Of a stretch of DNA of 64,000 nt, positions 30,212 through 40,482 are shown in pieces. Source of the DNA: a virus; IMG/VR virus record IMGVR_UViG_3300021976_000006, positions 30,232-94,231 of that record. One strand, written 5' to 3'. Every line of letters starts with the position of its first letter. Positions within the stretch are counted from its first letter, which is position 1. The notes under the pieces were generated by a model. It was given only the letters and a program-made list of their open reading frames with translations, had not been told where the DNA came from and searched no databases. The position numbers and the translations under genes are program-made.

Positions 30212-31010
30212 ACTTTTCTATAACTTCATTTAACTTAGTAACATCTTTATTATCAACAGCATCTTTAATACTTAACCAGAACTCTAATTGAAGAGTTGCT
30301 TCTTCCCACATTAAACTCCATTGTTCTGATGATATTTGATTGTCTTCCATATTATTTATAATTTTGATAACTTAACTCTTTAACCCAGTTTGTATTATCA
30401 AGATAATAAAGTTTACCATCAATATTAATTACAATTGTATTATTCTCCATCTTCTTTAACTTCCATATTAATATTCTTAGCTTTTAAAGCTTTTCTGAAT
30501 TCTCTAAGGAATTCTTCACCAGCAGGTAGATTACTATAGTCTTCAAAGTTCTTAACTAGTTCTCGTAGCTTAATAGTCTTTCTTAGTGCACTTTTATTTT
30601 TTATCATATTAATTATTTTGTTCCCAGTCTGTAAACTTTACTGTTTTATATTTGCTTGCCCATGTACCTTTCTTTCTTTTAGAAACTTGTACTGTACCAA
30701 ATTGTTTTCTTATACCTAATTTTTTAAAATACTTTTTTGCCATAGTTTTATGAATATAAAATAGTTTATAATTTTATTCATTTATTAATTAACATGTCCT
30801 TAGGACATAGAGAGGTTTCCTGCAAGAATCTCTTCTTACATTCTCCTTGGCTTACATATTGATTGAAGTCGTCATACCTCTCAAAACCCGTTAATACTGG
30901 AGAGTGCTTATACCCATCTTTTATCCAGTCAACAATCACTATTGTAAGTTGCTTAAACTCATGATACAAAGGTAAGTAAAATAATTGATAAATCCTAATA
31001 ATATTGGATA

Positions 31011-31370
31011 TTATTTTACTTTATCTACAAATTTTTGTATCTCATTCATCATCCAAGTTAATAAATAAGCATGAGCTTCATCATTATCATTATCTGCTGG
31101 TATACCAACATGTTCCATTATATAATTAGTACAATGTAAACATTCATGTGCCCATATTCCCCAACTATTAATATTCTCAGGTCTCATAAATATATAAACA
31201 CATCTATGATCTTTATAATAACCATTAAAGGCTAATGCTTTACAATCTAAATCTCTATCTGTAAAACTTAATTTAAGTTCTTTACCACTTTCATTAAAAT
31301 CATCAGTAATAACTACTACTAATCTCTTTGGATAAAGAGGTATTTTCTTTATTAATTTATTCATGGACAT
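31011..31370 (-). CDS. HExxH zincin-like protein
   Basis: WAHECLH...DEAHAYLL. Confidence 0.55.
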   Translation of the reverse strand: MSMNKLIKKIPLYPKRLVVVITDDFNESGKELKLSFTDRDLDCKALAFNGYYKDHRCVYIFMRPENINSWGIWAHECLHCTNYIMEHVGIPADNDNDEAHAYLLTWMMNEIQKFVDKVK

Positions 31371-31932
31371 ATTTATAACCTTTTATGTGATTTACTTTAA
31401 TTTCTTTTCCTTTAACTCTTTTAAAACCATTAATAGCATTCCTTAATCTTTCTGCTCTAAAACCTTCTTCTTCACAACAAATTCTAGAAGACTCATATTT
31501 AGCAACTATTTCATTTGTTTTTATATCAATTTTTAATATTGGTTTACATCTATATTTCTCAGGATTCTCTCTAATTCTTTTATTTATAGTTTCTTTATTA
31601 GATGAACCAGTAATATTTCCACCACCTCCAGATCCTATACAATCTTCAACATTTGTTAAACCACATATATTTTTATATTTATTATAATAAAATTGTTCCC
31701 AATATTTCCATTCTTCAATAGGAACTTCATCTAATATAATTAATACTGGTTTTTGTCCTTTTGTTATTAAAGATCTTATCCAGTTATTTTTATGTGTTTT
31801 ATATTGATCTTCATAATCATATTTAGAAATATGAATTGAATATCTATGTTTTGGATTATTAGCTTTACCTATATATCTAATATTTGAAATGTTATCAGGT
31901 TCTGATAGAGCATATATAAATGTTGTTTTCAT
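31357..31932 (-). CDS. Free-standing GIY-YIG homing endonuclease with NUMOD1-like C-terminus
   Basis: FIYAL...RYIGKANNPKHR...H; C-terminal YESSRIC...IKGYKY. Start moved from 32040 to ATG 31932 because a promoter occupies 31937-31968. Confidence 0.75.
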   Translation of the reverse strand: MKTTFIYALSEPDNISNIRYIGKANNPKHRYSIHISKYDYEDQYKTHKNNWIRSLITKGQKPVLIILDEVPIEEWKYWEQFYYNKYKNICGLTNVEDCIGSGGGGNITGSSNKETINKRIRENPEKYRCKPILKIDIKTNEIVAKYESSRICCEEEGFRAERLRNAINGFKRVKGKEIKVNHIKGYKYVHE

Positions 31933-31936
31933 AATA

Positions 31937-31968
31937 CAAAGATACAAATAATATTTTATAAAAACAAA
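31937..31968 (-). promoter_or_regulatory. Bacteroidota housekeeping-sigma promoter
   Basis: TTTG(-33)-20 nt-TATCTTTG(-7). Confidence 0.7.
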
Positions 31969-32106
31969 TGTAGGGGGTACTTTTTTTAAAAATTTTAAAA
32001 AATATATGTGTTTAATGTCACCAGGAAGCCTGACAAACACTCCCCCTACATAATTTCACATTGGTACACGGGGTACTAATTCCTTTACACATTAAACAAA
32101 ACTGCT

Positions 32107-32349
32107 ATGTATTCATTAAAAGTATTACACGTATCAAAATCAGCTAAATCAGCATTAGTAGAAGTAACTAAAGAGTTTGGTTTCTTAACATCTACTGTAG
32201 CTAGAGGCTTTATCAGGTTGAATAAAGAAACAACAGTTGGTGCTACTATGGAACTACCTGCTACTACTAAGGTATCAGAAAGAGTTCACACAGATACTAA
32301 CAAAGACACTGGTGAAACAGCATCATTCACTTGGGTTGTACTAGATTAA
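32107..32349 (+). CDS. Hypothetical early protein (first gene after the strand switch)
   Basis: 80 aa, highly expressed codon usage, followed by a terminator. Confidence 0.6.
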   Translation: MYSLKVLHVSKSAKSALVEVTKEFGFLTSTVARGFIRLNKETTVGATMELPATTKVSERVHTDTNKDTGETASFTWVVLD

Positions 32350-32359
32350 CACACAAATT

Positions 32360-32380
32360 GGCTCTTCATTGAGCCTTTTT
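32360..32380 (+). terminator. Intrinsic terminator
   Basis: GGCTC-TTCATT-GAGCC-TTTTT. Confidence 0.6.
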
Positions 32381-33308
32381 GCTTATTTATCCACTTTAAT
32401 ACTTTACTATGAAAGCTCAAAACATTATTGGCACTATTGGTGCTACAGAAAACACTCCAACAGTTGGTTCAGTTGATAAATCTATTCTTAAAAGAATGAA
32501 GAAATCAGCAGTTAAACCTATTGGTAGGACAGTTGGTTCATTTGGTTCATTAAGATTTATGAGTCATGTTCAAACTAAATAAAAGAACTAAAAAACGTAT
32601 CAAAAGAGATAAACAGGAAGCTTTAGAGCTATTCTTATTCCTTGATACTTACTGCTAATGCAGACAATACTCCTAAGCATGAGTTATAAACTGCTTATTT
32701 ACTTTATTAAGTAATTAAAGATATTAATCGAACATACGAAGTATGTGAAGATATTACATAGCAGTAATTAGACAACTAGTAGTAATGTAAATCTCATAGT
32801 TACCATAGGGTCGAGTAGTATTTACTATTAGTTGTTCTTAATACACTATTAAAACATGCAATTATAGTTGTAAAAGAGAGGTTTTTGTGTTTATCTTATT
32901 AGTTAGCTGATACACATTGCACATTAACTCTCTCTTTATTAAAAACCCAATTAACCTAATCATTAAAACCAATTAATATAGCTATTATGAACATTTCACT
33001 TGGAATACTACTAGTTATATTAGTAGTTTCAGCTATTGTAATATTAAACCTTTTAGTAGGTTTACACAATAAAATACTAGATATTACAACTAAATTAGAG
33101 CAAATTGATAATAAACTTGATGAATTATGAATAGTATACCATCATCTCCATTTAATAAAAATGAATGGACATTATTAGGAATAGCATTAATAGCATTCAT
33201 TATACTATTATATAATCTATGATAACTAAACTAAAAACATACGGTATAAAAGCATTTCAATTATACTATAAATACTCCTATTTATTTAACAGATAAATCT
33301 AAACAACT

Positions 33309-33518
33309 ATGAAATTATTATTAATAGCCAATTGTATTTACTTACCATTTAATTTACCAAACAGTAAATATGTATCTGGAAGTATATCAGGAAATATATT
33401 CTTAAATGAAATATATACTATTGAAGAAATAAAAGAGAAGCATAAAGATAGTAATTATCCATTAATAGAATGTGATGATTTACATGATTTATGTAAGAAA
33501 TGGGGAACTAAACTTTAA
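33309..33518 (+). CDS. Hypothetical protein
   Basis: ORF track; A-rich leader typical of this region. Confidence 0.45.
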   Translation: MKLLLIANCIYLPFNLPNSKYVSGSISGNIFLNEIYTIEEIKEKHKDSNYPLIECDDLHDLCKKWGTKL

Positions 33519-33707
33519 ACTATAACTATGAAAAAGATATTAATATTACTAACAATAGTAATAATGAGTTCCTGTACTAAGAGTATAGTAGAAGCTCCAG
33601 AACAACCTAAAACAGAACAAGTAAAAGATATTATAAGAGCTGAAACTCTAATGGTATCACCTGATTTTGTTAAAGGTACAGATAACAAACAACTAATTAA
33701 ATAGATC

Positions 33708-34100
33708 ATGAGTATATTAATATTTACAATAATACTAATAGCAGCAATAGCTATGTTAGCATTTGGTACATATATGAGCTGTAATGATGCTGATGCATCA
33801 TTTTTTATAATTGCATCAGCTATGGCTTTTTGTGCAATAATGACCATATATATTTATACTTCTAATGAATTAGATAATAAATCAAAAATACATTATTACA
33901 AAGTAAAAGAATTAGAAAGAAATACAATGTTTACTATTACTGATAGTATTGGTGGATATAATAATATTCAGAAAAATACAACTATATCAGGTAGAACTGA
34001 ACTATATGCTGATACAATATGGGTTAATATGAATACACTTAAAATAGATACTAAAGATAGTACAGCTATGATGTGTGTTATTATTAATGAAATAGAATAA
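33708..34100 (+). CDS. Membrane protein (2 TM)
   Basis: Two N-terminal hydrophobic segments. Confidence 0.5.
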   Translation: MSILIFTIILIAAIAMLAFGTYMSCNDADASFFIIASAMAFCAIMTIYIYTSNELDNKSKIHYYKVKELERNTMFTITDSIGGYNNIQKNTTISGRTELYADTIWVNMNTLKIDTKDSTAMMCVIINEIE

Positions 34101-34295
34101 AAAAGCTAATTAAGCTAGTTTATGAACAGCAACAGGTTTTAACTAAAGGCATCTTAAATGAGTAAGCGTCCTTAAAGAAACTGAAAGAGGTGTGATTCCT
34201 TTATAGAAAATAGTGCTAAGTAACACCGTAAACTGCTTAAATAAACAAATTAAACACTAGTTATATCATTGAATATAACACAAAAACAAAACACT

Positions 34296-34724
34296 ATGAA
34301 CACAAGTAATGTAAAACTAGCTAGTCTAGGAGATGTAAAAATTGCAAAAGATGGTCGTGGATATTATGCTGCAAGCTTTCAAGATCCAACAAATCCATTT
34401 GCTAAAACAGTAACACGTAATTTTTGGCAACAAAAGAATGCTGCTGGTGAAGCTATTTGGAGAGGTGCTGATCCTTTACAAGTAAAACCATTTTTGAATA
34501 AAACTATTCCTGGTTATTTAGCTACACGTAAAGTACAACCATATGCCATTACTGGTAGTGATAATGTAGAACGTTCAGCTGATACTTACACAACTGTTAT
34601 TTTAGGTAATGAATTAGATTCTCAAGTTTTTAAAGCTTTAGGTCATCCATTAGCTGAAGAACCAATGGTTGCTGCACCTGCAGAAGTAGTAGCTGCTCAT
34701 CAAGAAGATATTGCAATTGCATAA
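34296..34724 (+). CDS. Highly expressed early protein (possible OB-fold/ssDNA-binding)
   Basis: Biased codon usage, beta-rich core and acidic/Ala tail; ATG at 34296 preferred over the TTG at 34269. Function is a guess. Confidence 0.4.
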   Translation: MNTSNVKLASLGDVKIAKDGRGYYAASFQDPTNPFAKTVTRNFWQQKNAAGEAIWRGADPLQVKPFLNKTIPGYLATRKVQPYAITGSDNVERSADTYTTVILGNELDSQVFKALGHPLAEEPMVAAPAEVVAAHQEDIAIA

Positions 34725-34740
34725 TCTTAAGACCAATTAA

Positions 34741-34776
34741 ATAAATAGAGAGTGTAGAAATATACTCTCTATTTAT
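34741..34776 (+). terminator. Long hairpin (terminator or processing site)
   Basis: ATAAATAGAGAGTGTA-GAAA-TATACTCTCTATTTAT. Confidence 0.55.
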
Positions 34777-34807
34777 ATTATTTAAACCTAACTTAAATAA
34801 TAAAACT

Positions 34808-35449
34808 ATGAAAACTAAAGAATTAAAACTTTCTAATAAAACTAAGAAAGAAGAACAACAATTAGATCATTTACAAATTCTATTAAGATATATATTTGAT
34901 TTATTTGCTACAACAGCAAGAGTATTTAATATGTCTAAATACATAGAGAATAATATTTCTAAACGTAAAGAAGAAGGTAAAAATGAAGGACAGTGGGGAT
35001 TTATTCAAAGTTCTCGAATTGATAATTTAATACTTATATTAAATAGATTAGAAATTGGTTCATTTGTTGATCTAGGATCAGGATGTGGTATATTAATAAC
35101 TATTGTTAAAATATATTATCTACATATATATAATAAATTTATTAAAGTAGCAGGTTATGAAATTGAAGATGATTTAGTTAAAATTGGATCATATTATCAT
35201 GTTTGTAGAAAAAATATATTAACTTTAGATAAAGAAGATATTAAATCATTTGAAGCATTATATTTTTATGAACCATTACAAAGTCCTACATTAGCTAAAG
35301 AATTTGTTGAAAATCTTGAATCTATAATGTATAGTGGACAATATATTATTTATGCTCGTGCTGGATCAATTTATGAATATTTAAATAAATGTGAATTATT
35401 AATATATTTAGGTGAGCATTTTAATCATTATATTTATAAAAAGATATAA
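34808..35449 (+). CDS. Class I SAM-dependent methyltransferase
   Basis: Motif I FVDLGSGCG, GYEIE, YFYEP. Confidence 0.7.
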   Translation: MKTKELKLSNKTKKEEQQLDHLQILLRYIFDLFATTARVFNMSKYIENNISKRKEEGKNEGQWGFIQSSRIDNLILILNRLEIGSFVDLGSGCGILITIVKIYYLHIYNKFIKVAGYEIEDDLVKIGSYYHVCRKNILTLDKEDIKSFEALYFYEPLQSPTLAKEFVENLESIMYSGQYIIYARAGSIYEYLNKCELLIYLGEHFNHYIYKKI

Positions 35450-35627
35450 TCATGAATAAATATTTTATAAGTTATAATGCTATTGATATAGCATCTAACC
35501 AACAAATATCTGATACAATAATAATAAGATTATTTGAAGATCAATTAGAAATTAATACTATTATATTCAAAATAAATAATAAAGATAAATCAATAAGAAA
35601 TATTAATATAATAAATATATCTAAATT

Positions 35628-35990
35628 ATGAGTAATACAATAATTGTAACAATTGTTATAGTATCATTTGTTACTATGGTCATTATATCTAGTATGATTA
35701 TTGAACCATTAGCTATGTTATTAGCATTTAGAGTACAACCAAAAACATTTAGATTACATAAACCAAAGAATGATAATAATTATTATTTACAAGTAAGATT
35801 ATTCTTTATTTATTATTATGTTTATCGAACACTAGATGATTATAATATAACTCTACATTTAGATAAATTTTGCTTAAATTATCCAAATCATATAATAATC
35901 AGTAAAAGAAAAATGATATTTGATGATAGATATAAAGTAATTAAATTCTTTAGTGATATGAGTAATCCATCAGATAATATAAACTTATAA
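35628..35990 (+). CDS. Membrane-anchored hypothetical protein
   Basis: N-terminal TM segment. Confidence 0.45.
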   Translation: MSNTIIVTIVIVSFVTMVIISSMIIEPLAMLLAFRVQPKTFRLHKPKNDNNYYLQVRLFFIYYYVYRTLDDYNITLHLDKFCLNYPNHIIISKRKMIFDDRYKVIKFFSDMSNPSDNINL

Positions 35991-35992
35991 TT

Positions 35993-36247
35993 ATGAAAAA
36001 GATAATAATACCAAATATAACTGGCGATGAAATACCTATTGAAAACATTAAAAAACGTGATAAAATATTAGTTAAAGACAGAAGTAATAATATACTTGGT
36101 ATAGTTGCAATTATTGAAGATGGTAGTGGTGATGATTATTTTAAAATTATACAGTTTAATGGTAAACATAGTGATCAACATTCTAAAACATTAAATCAAT
36201 TAATGATACTTTACAACAATTATAATTTCTATTTATTAGAAGAATAA
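35993..36247 (+). CDS. Hypothetical protein
   Basis: ORF track. Confidence 0.45.
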   Translation: MKKIIIPNITGDEIPIENIKKRDKILVKDRSNNILGIVAIIEDGSGDDYFKIIQFNGKHSDQHSKTLNQLMILYNNYNFYLLEE

Positions 36248-36254
36248 CCATTAA

Positions 36255-37077
36255 TTTCTCAACAAGTTTATGACTTCTGTATATATTGATTAAATATAAT
36301 AGCTTCAGGGCTATCACCTATTGATATATACGCATAGATTTACATAAATGGCACGGCAAAACCAGTTGAAATTTAATACCAATATATCTGCTAAGAAGTA
36401 TATTATTTATAGTATATAAGCTGTAAATTGAGAAAATAGGCGTAAAATATAATAAAAGAATGGTAAATTGAGTAGTGGTATTTATATCATGAACATATGA
36501 AAACAGAGTAACTATTATATTACTACCTAGAAGTAAGATTTAAGAATGAGGATTCAACTTCCTCTATATTGGCAAAAATAAATATCTATCCAACAAAATA
36601 TGTTATAACATAGCAGGTAGTTTACTACAATTTACACAAGTTCCCCAGCTAATAGAATAATTTTGTAGTTAAAATCTATTGGGTAAAGGAAATTCAAGGT
36701 GCAACCTTGTAGATATTTATTTAAAAACATTAACCAATTAATCTGTGCAATAGGAGATAATCAGTGGGCACTGTTCTCTATCTACAGTGGGATGGGCTTA
36801 CCACACCTAATTGGTTAAAAAAAACATAATAGACTTCCTGCTCGATGCAGATAAATGAGAGGGGATTCTAACTCATAAGCTAATCCAATAGCTGTTGTCT
36901 GACTAGAGATAGTGGAGAGAAGACCCTTAAATGTCATAATAACATTTGACATCTATTCCTTTGGAAAGACAGGAAGTTTATTTAAAAATACTAATTTCAT
37001 AGTTAGTTAAGTTTAGGGTTAAATAGTAAGGTGTACTCCCGGAGAGATTAAATGTCATAAAGCAGCCTTACTATTTA
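36255..37077 (+). ncRNA. Tandem cluster of about six structured RNA modules
   Basis: No ORF of 60 aa or more for ~840 nt. Consecutive closing stems at 36255/36435, 36576/36722, 36730/36818, 36828/36982 and 37020/37077, plus a tRNA-like T-arm at 36548-36564. Confidence 0.6.
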
Positions 37078-37497
37078 TTAAATCAAAGAAATGAAACTAC
37101 CAAGAAAATTAAAGAAGAAGTTTTACAAGATAAGACTTCATCGCTACAAATTATATTTGCAACAAGATTTTAATTGGATATTTAAAAGAAGAATGGTTAT
37201 TGTATATAATTATGTATTAGCCAATATTCCAATTAAATTATCTAATAATGATTTAATATTTATAAAAAATGGTTTATTAAGTAGTCCTAAATTTAAAAAA
37301 GATGTATAAAATAACAATTGAAATAAATATGTGGAGCAACTATGTTGTTACTTTACACAGAAGATTTTTATTTATCTATTGGAGATTAGGTGAATATATT
37401 ACTCCTAACGAAAGTAGAATGAAAGGTCAAATCTTTCAATGGATGAATAAATATAAAATATCATCAGAAAAAGTAATTTACTTAAACAATAATTAAT

Positions 37498-37725
37498 ATG
37501 AAAACAATTTATAAGAAATTAATACTATTAGTAGTATTATTAGCTTTAATATCAGCAATATTATATGGTGCTGGTGCGGGTAGTAATGGTTTATTATCAA
37601 TAGCTAAATGGAGTGAAGAATCAAGAGCTTGCTTAATGGGTTTTTGGGCAGTATTTGCATTAATATCTGTAATAGTTGCTTTAACAATAGATAATGATGG
37701 TATTAATACTATAATGGGTGATTAA
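37498..37725 (+). CDS. Small membrane protein (2 TM)
   Basis: Two hydrophobic segments. Confidence 0.5.
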   Translation: MKTIYKKLILLVVLLALISAILYGAGAGSNGLLSIAKWSEESRACLMGFWAVFALISVIVALTIDNDGINTIMGD

Positions 37726-37899
37726 TTATGCCAATAATATTAAGATTATGTATAGTACTATTAATATTATTTACATTATTATTTTCAGCAATTGAGCTAA
37801 TATTATTTATACCAATATATTTATTTACTGGTAAAATGTTTATAACAGCATCATATGTTGATGAACTATTAAAAAGAATAAGAAAAAATTTAAAAAACT

Positions 37900-38643
37900 A
37901 TGAATAAAATAACCACAAGGTGGAGTATACTAGGTATATTTCTACTATCTTTAGTATTCTTTAATACTAATGCACAGGATAAACATATTATTGAAAAATT
38001 AGATGGTACAAAAGTAGTTGTAACTACATTAAATAGTTATGATAAAACTGTAGCTCAAGTATCAAATGGTGTAGGAACTGTTTATGATGATTTAAAATCA
38101 GCTGCACCTAAAGTAGGTGATGCTATTAAAAGTCTCTCTAAAGAGCTTAAAGTAGGTGCTAATAAAGTATGGGATGTGTTAGTTAAACAACAACTTGTTT
38201 GGTCTGTTGCATTTTTACTATTAACATTAACATCAATAACCAATTGGTATATATTTTATAAGCGTAATTTTCCTAAACTCAATAAAGATTCATTTATTAT
38301 GGGTAAAAGAGATAATTATGTTAATATACCTAATCCAGAATTTAGTCAAAATTGGTATGATATATGGTCAGGTGATAATAGTAATTATAATGCTGATAAG
38401 AAAAGAGATATTCGATACCAAAAAACTATTAGAGTATTAGAAGGTCAAATTGATATTGTATTACCCAAACCAGATTTATCAAAAGAATACGGTATGAGTG
38501 GATTTAAATATTTACATCTTGTAATTTGTATTTTATTATCATTGCTATCTTTTTATCATTTTAATGATATGTTAACAGGTTTTATGAATCCGGAGTTTGG
38601 TGCGATGAAAACTATTGCAGAGATTGCATCTCAAATTAAATAA
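37900..38643 (+). CDS. Membrane protein with signal peptide
   Basis: N-terminal signal (…NTNAQ) plus two TM segments. Confidence 0.55.
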   Translation: MNKITTRWSILGIFLLSLVFFNTNAQDKHIIEKLDGTKVVVTTLNSYDKTVAQVSNGVGTVYDDLKSAAPKVGDAIKSLSKELKVGANKVWDVLVKQQLVWSVAFLLLTLTSITNWYIFYKRNFPKLNKDSFIMGKRDNYVNIPNPEFSQNWYDIWSGDNSNYNADKKRDIRYQKTIRVLEGQIDIVLPKPDLSKEYGMSGFKYLHLVICILLSLLSFYHFNDMLTGFMNPEFGAMKTIAEIASQIK

Positions 38644-39259
38644 TTATGTTGTTTGCAATATTAAAAGTTCTAATATTCTCCTTATTAGGAGGATTTATAG
38701 GACAACTAATTTTCAGACATAGATCTGATTGTGCTTATGAAATATTCAGAGAAATATTTGAAATTAGTTTAATCATTACAGGAGTTTTTACAATATTAAT
38801 TATATTATCTTTATTTATAAATATATAACCATGGCAGTGATTTTAACAATACACGGAAAAGACGAAACAAAGCAAGTAACTAAAATGACTAATGTTGTTT
38901 TGTTAGATCATAAGAATAAACCATTATCTACTGATAAATGGTTAGAGAAGTTATATGAAATAGCTTCAACAATTGCAGGTAAAAATTACAGAGGTCATAA
39001 ATTTGAAATAACATGATATTAATAATTGTACTACTCGTAATACTTTCTACTATAATAGATTGTATAATTTATTATTCATTAGAAAAACCATTCAGAGAAC
39101 CATGGATGTTAGTTCCATATTCTTGTTTACTTTATACATCTATAATAGTAATTTTATTATTATGGTGGAGATTTAAATATCCATTAAGGAAATAGAAGAA
39201 GAGGGGTTTTTTGTTTAAAGTTTTGTTTATCCTTAAAATAAATCAAAACTTATTAAACT

Positions 39260-39629
39260 GGGGGTGCCTGGTTTTGACATTTAGTGATTATTATATTTTC
39301 AGCGGTTGGAAGCTTATATACAACCTTAAAATTTTAAGTAAACAATAACAGGCAAAACAATTAAATTGTCAGAAACAACTTTCAACGATATAATGCGTCA
39401 AGTATCTAACGTTGAATTAGAAATGGCTGCGTAAGCAATCATTAGATTAGGATATTAAGGGATTTTTAACCTTCAACTTAAAATTCCATCATTTTCCCAA
39501 TTTAGATTAGTGTAAATTGGATAACTTTTTCTAGGTTTTTTGAATAAAAATCTAGTTATTTTGTTAAAAGCTGTAACAAGAGATATAGTATTTTTTAGAT
39601 GGACAAGGGTTCGACTCCCTTCACCTCCA
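39260..39629 (+). ncRNA. ssrA: tmRNA
   Basis: 5' GGGGGTG pairs with 3' CACCTCC-A, including the G3.U70 Ala determinant. 5' ...TGGTTTTGAC and 3' GGAC-AAGGG-TTCGACT-CCCTT T-arm are present. Internal tag ORF 39351-39434 ends ...LEMAA*. Confidence 0.92.
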
Positions 39630-39808
39630 CGTAATACCCTGATTATCAATTAATTAGATAATATTCTACACGTTTGATTAGCGTTGGGATAAATAAATCG
39701 ATCTGCTTGTAGGCTCAAGGTAACCTTCAATAAATAATACAGGTGACACGTAGTCTTTGTACTCTCGGGAGTAACTGTATTATTATTTTAAACTTAAATT
39801 AAATAATT

Positions 39809-40285
39809 ATGAAAAAGAAATTAGAATTAGATGATCAAACTGCAAGATCAATATATAAAATAGCAGATATAGCAACTAAATTAGTATTAGAATCTAACTG
39901 GGGAAAAGAATTTTTTAGTGAAAAATTATCTGATAGAATTAAATCGTATGTAGATGTTTGTAAAGAATTATGTAGACCTATTTTAACAATAAAAGATTTT
40001 AAATTTTTACCTGAAAATCAAAGAGCTAAAGCTTTAGCAAATCACCAATGGGAAAATATTAGTGAATTATTTAACCAAGGATGGAAACCAGATTTTACAA
40101 ATATAAATCAAGCTAAATATTATGTTTGGTATGAAAGAAAATCTACTGGTTGGGTGGTGTGCTACTTCAGCGATCGGGGCTACTATTCTATCTGTGGGTC
40201 TGGTTTTTACTTTAAAGATTCAGAAACAGCTTTATATGTAGCTAATACATTTTTACCAATAATGACCATTATTTTAGAACCATAG
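39809..40285 (+). CDS. DGR target protein 1 (158 aa)
   Basis: Contains VR1 (40146-40211), matching TR1 except at adenines. Confidence 0.9.
   Translation: MKKKLELDDQTARSIYKIADIATKLVLESNWGKEFFSEKLSDRIKSYVDVCKELCRPILTIKDFKFLPENQRAKALANHQWENISELFNQGWKPDFTNINQAKYYVWYERKSTGWVVCYFSDRGYYSICGSGFYFKDSETALYVANTFLPIMTIILEP
40146..40211 (+). repeat. DGR variable repeat VR1
   Basis: 66-nt match to 40315-40380; 17 mismatches, 16 of them at template A. Confidence 0.93.
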
Positions 40286-40314
40286 GGTTACATATTTTAC
40301 TTATAGTTTTATAT

Positions 40315-40380
40315 CTAGTTAGGTAGTGAACTACTACAACAATCAGAACTACAATTCTAACTATGAGTCTAGTTTCTACT
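40315..40380 (+). repeat. DGR template repeat TR1
   Basis: Intergenic, AAC/AAT/TAC-rich copy of VR1 upstream of the RT. Confidence 0.93.
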
Positions 40381-40482
40381 CAATAATAAATACTAATATG
40401 AACCTCACCTCTTGGTGAAAAAAAGCGAAATCCAGAAAAGACATTAGTATATTAATAGAAAATGTCTTATGTTGAGTAAAAA

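Noticed and set aside
31933-32040. N-terminal extension of the GIY-YIG ORF
   Set aside because: It overlaps a consensus promoter and the strand-switch repeat; the domain starts at MKTTFIY.
36350-36372. c-di-GMP-I riboswitch-like GGCAAA...GAAA
   Set aside because: The required paired stems and second hairpin are absent.
36255-37077. CRISPR array
   Set aside because: No regularly spaced direct repeats; the structure consists of unrelated inverted repeats.
40319-40323. TAG reassignment (Gln) as the explanation for the in-frame TAG in TR1
   Set aside because: Large genes are intact in the standard code, and TAG terminates tightly packed genes (e.g. 40285, 63218).
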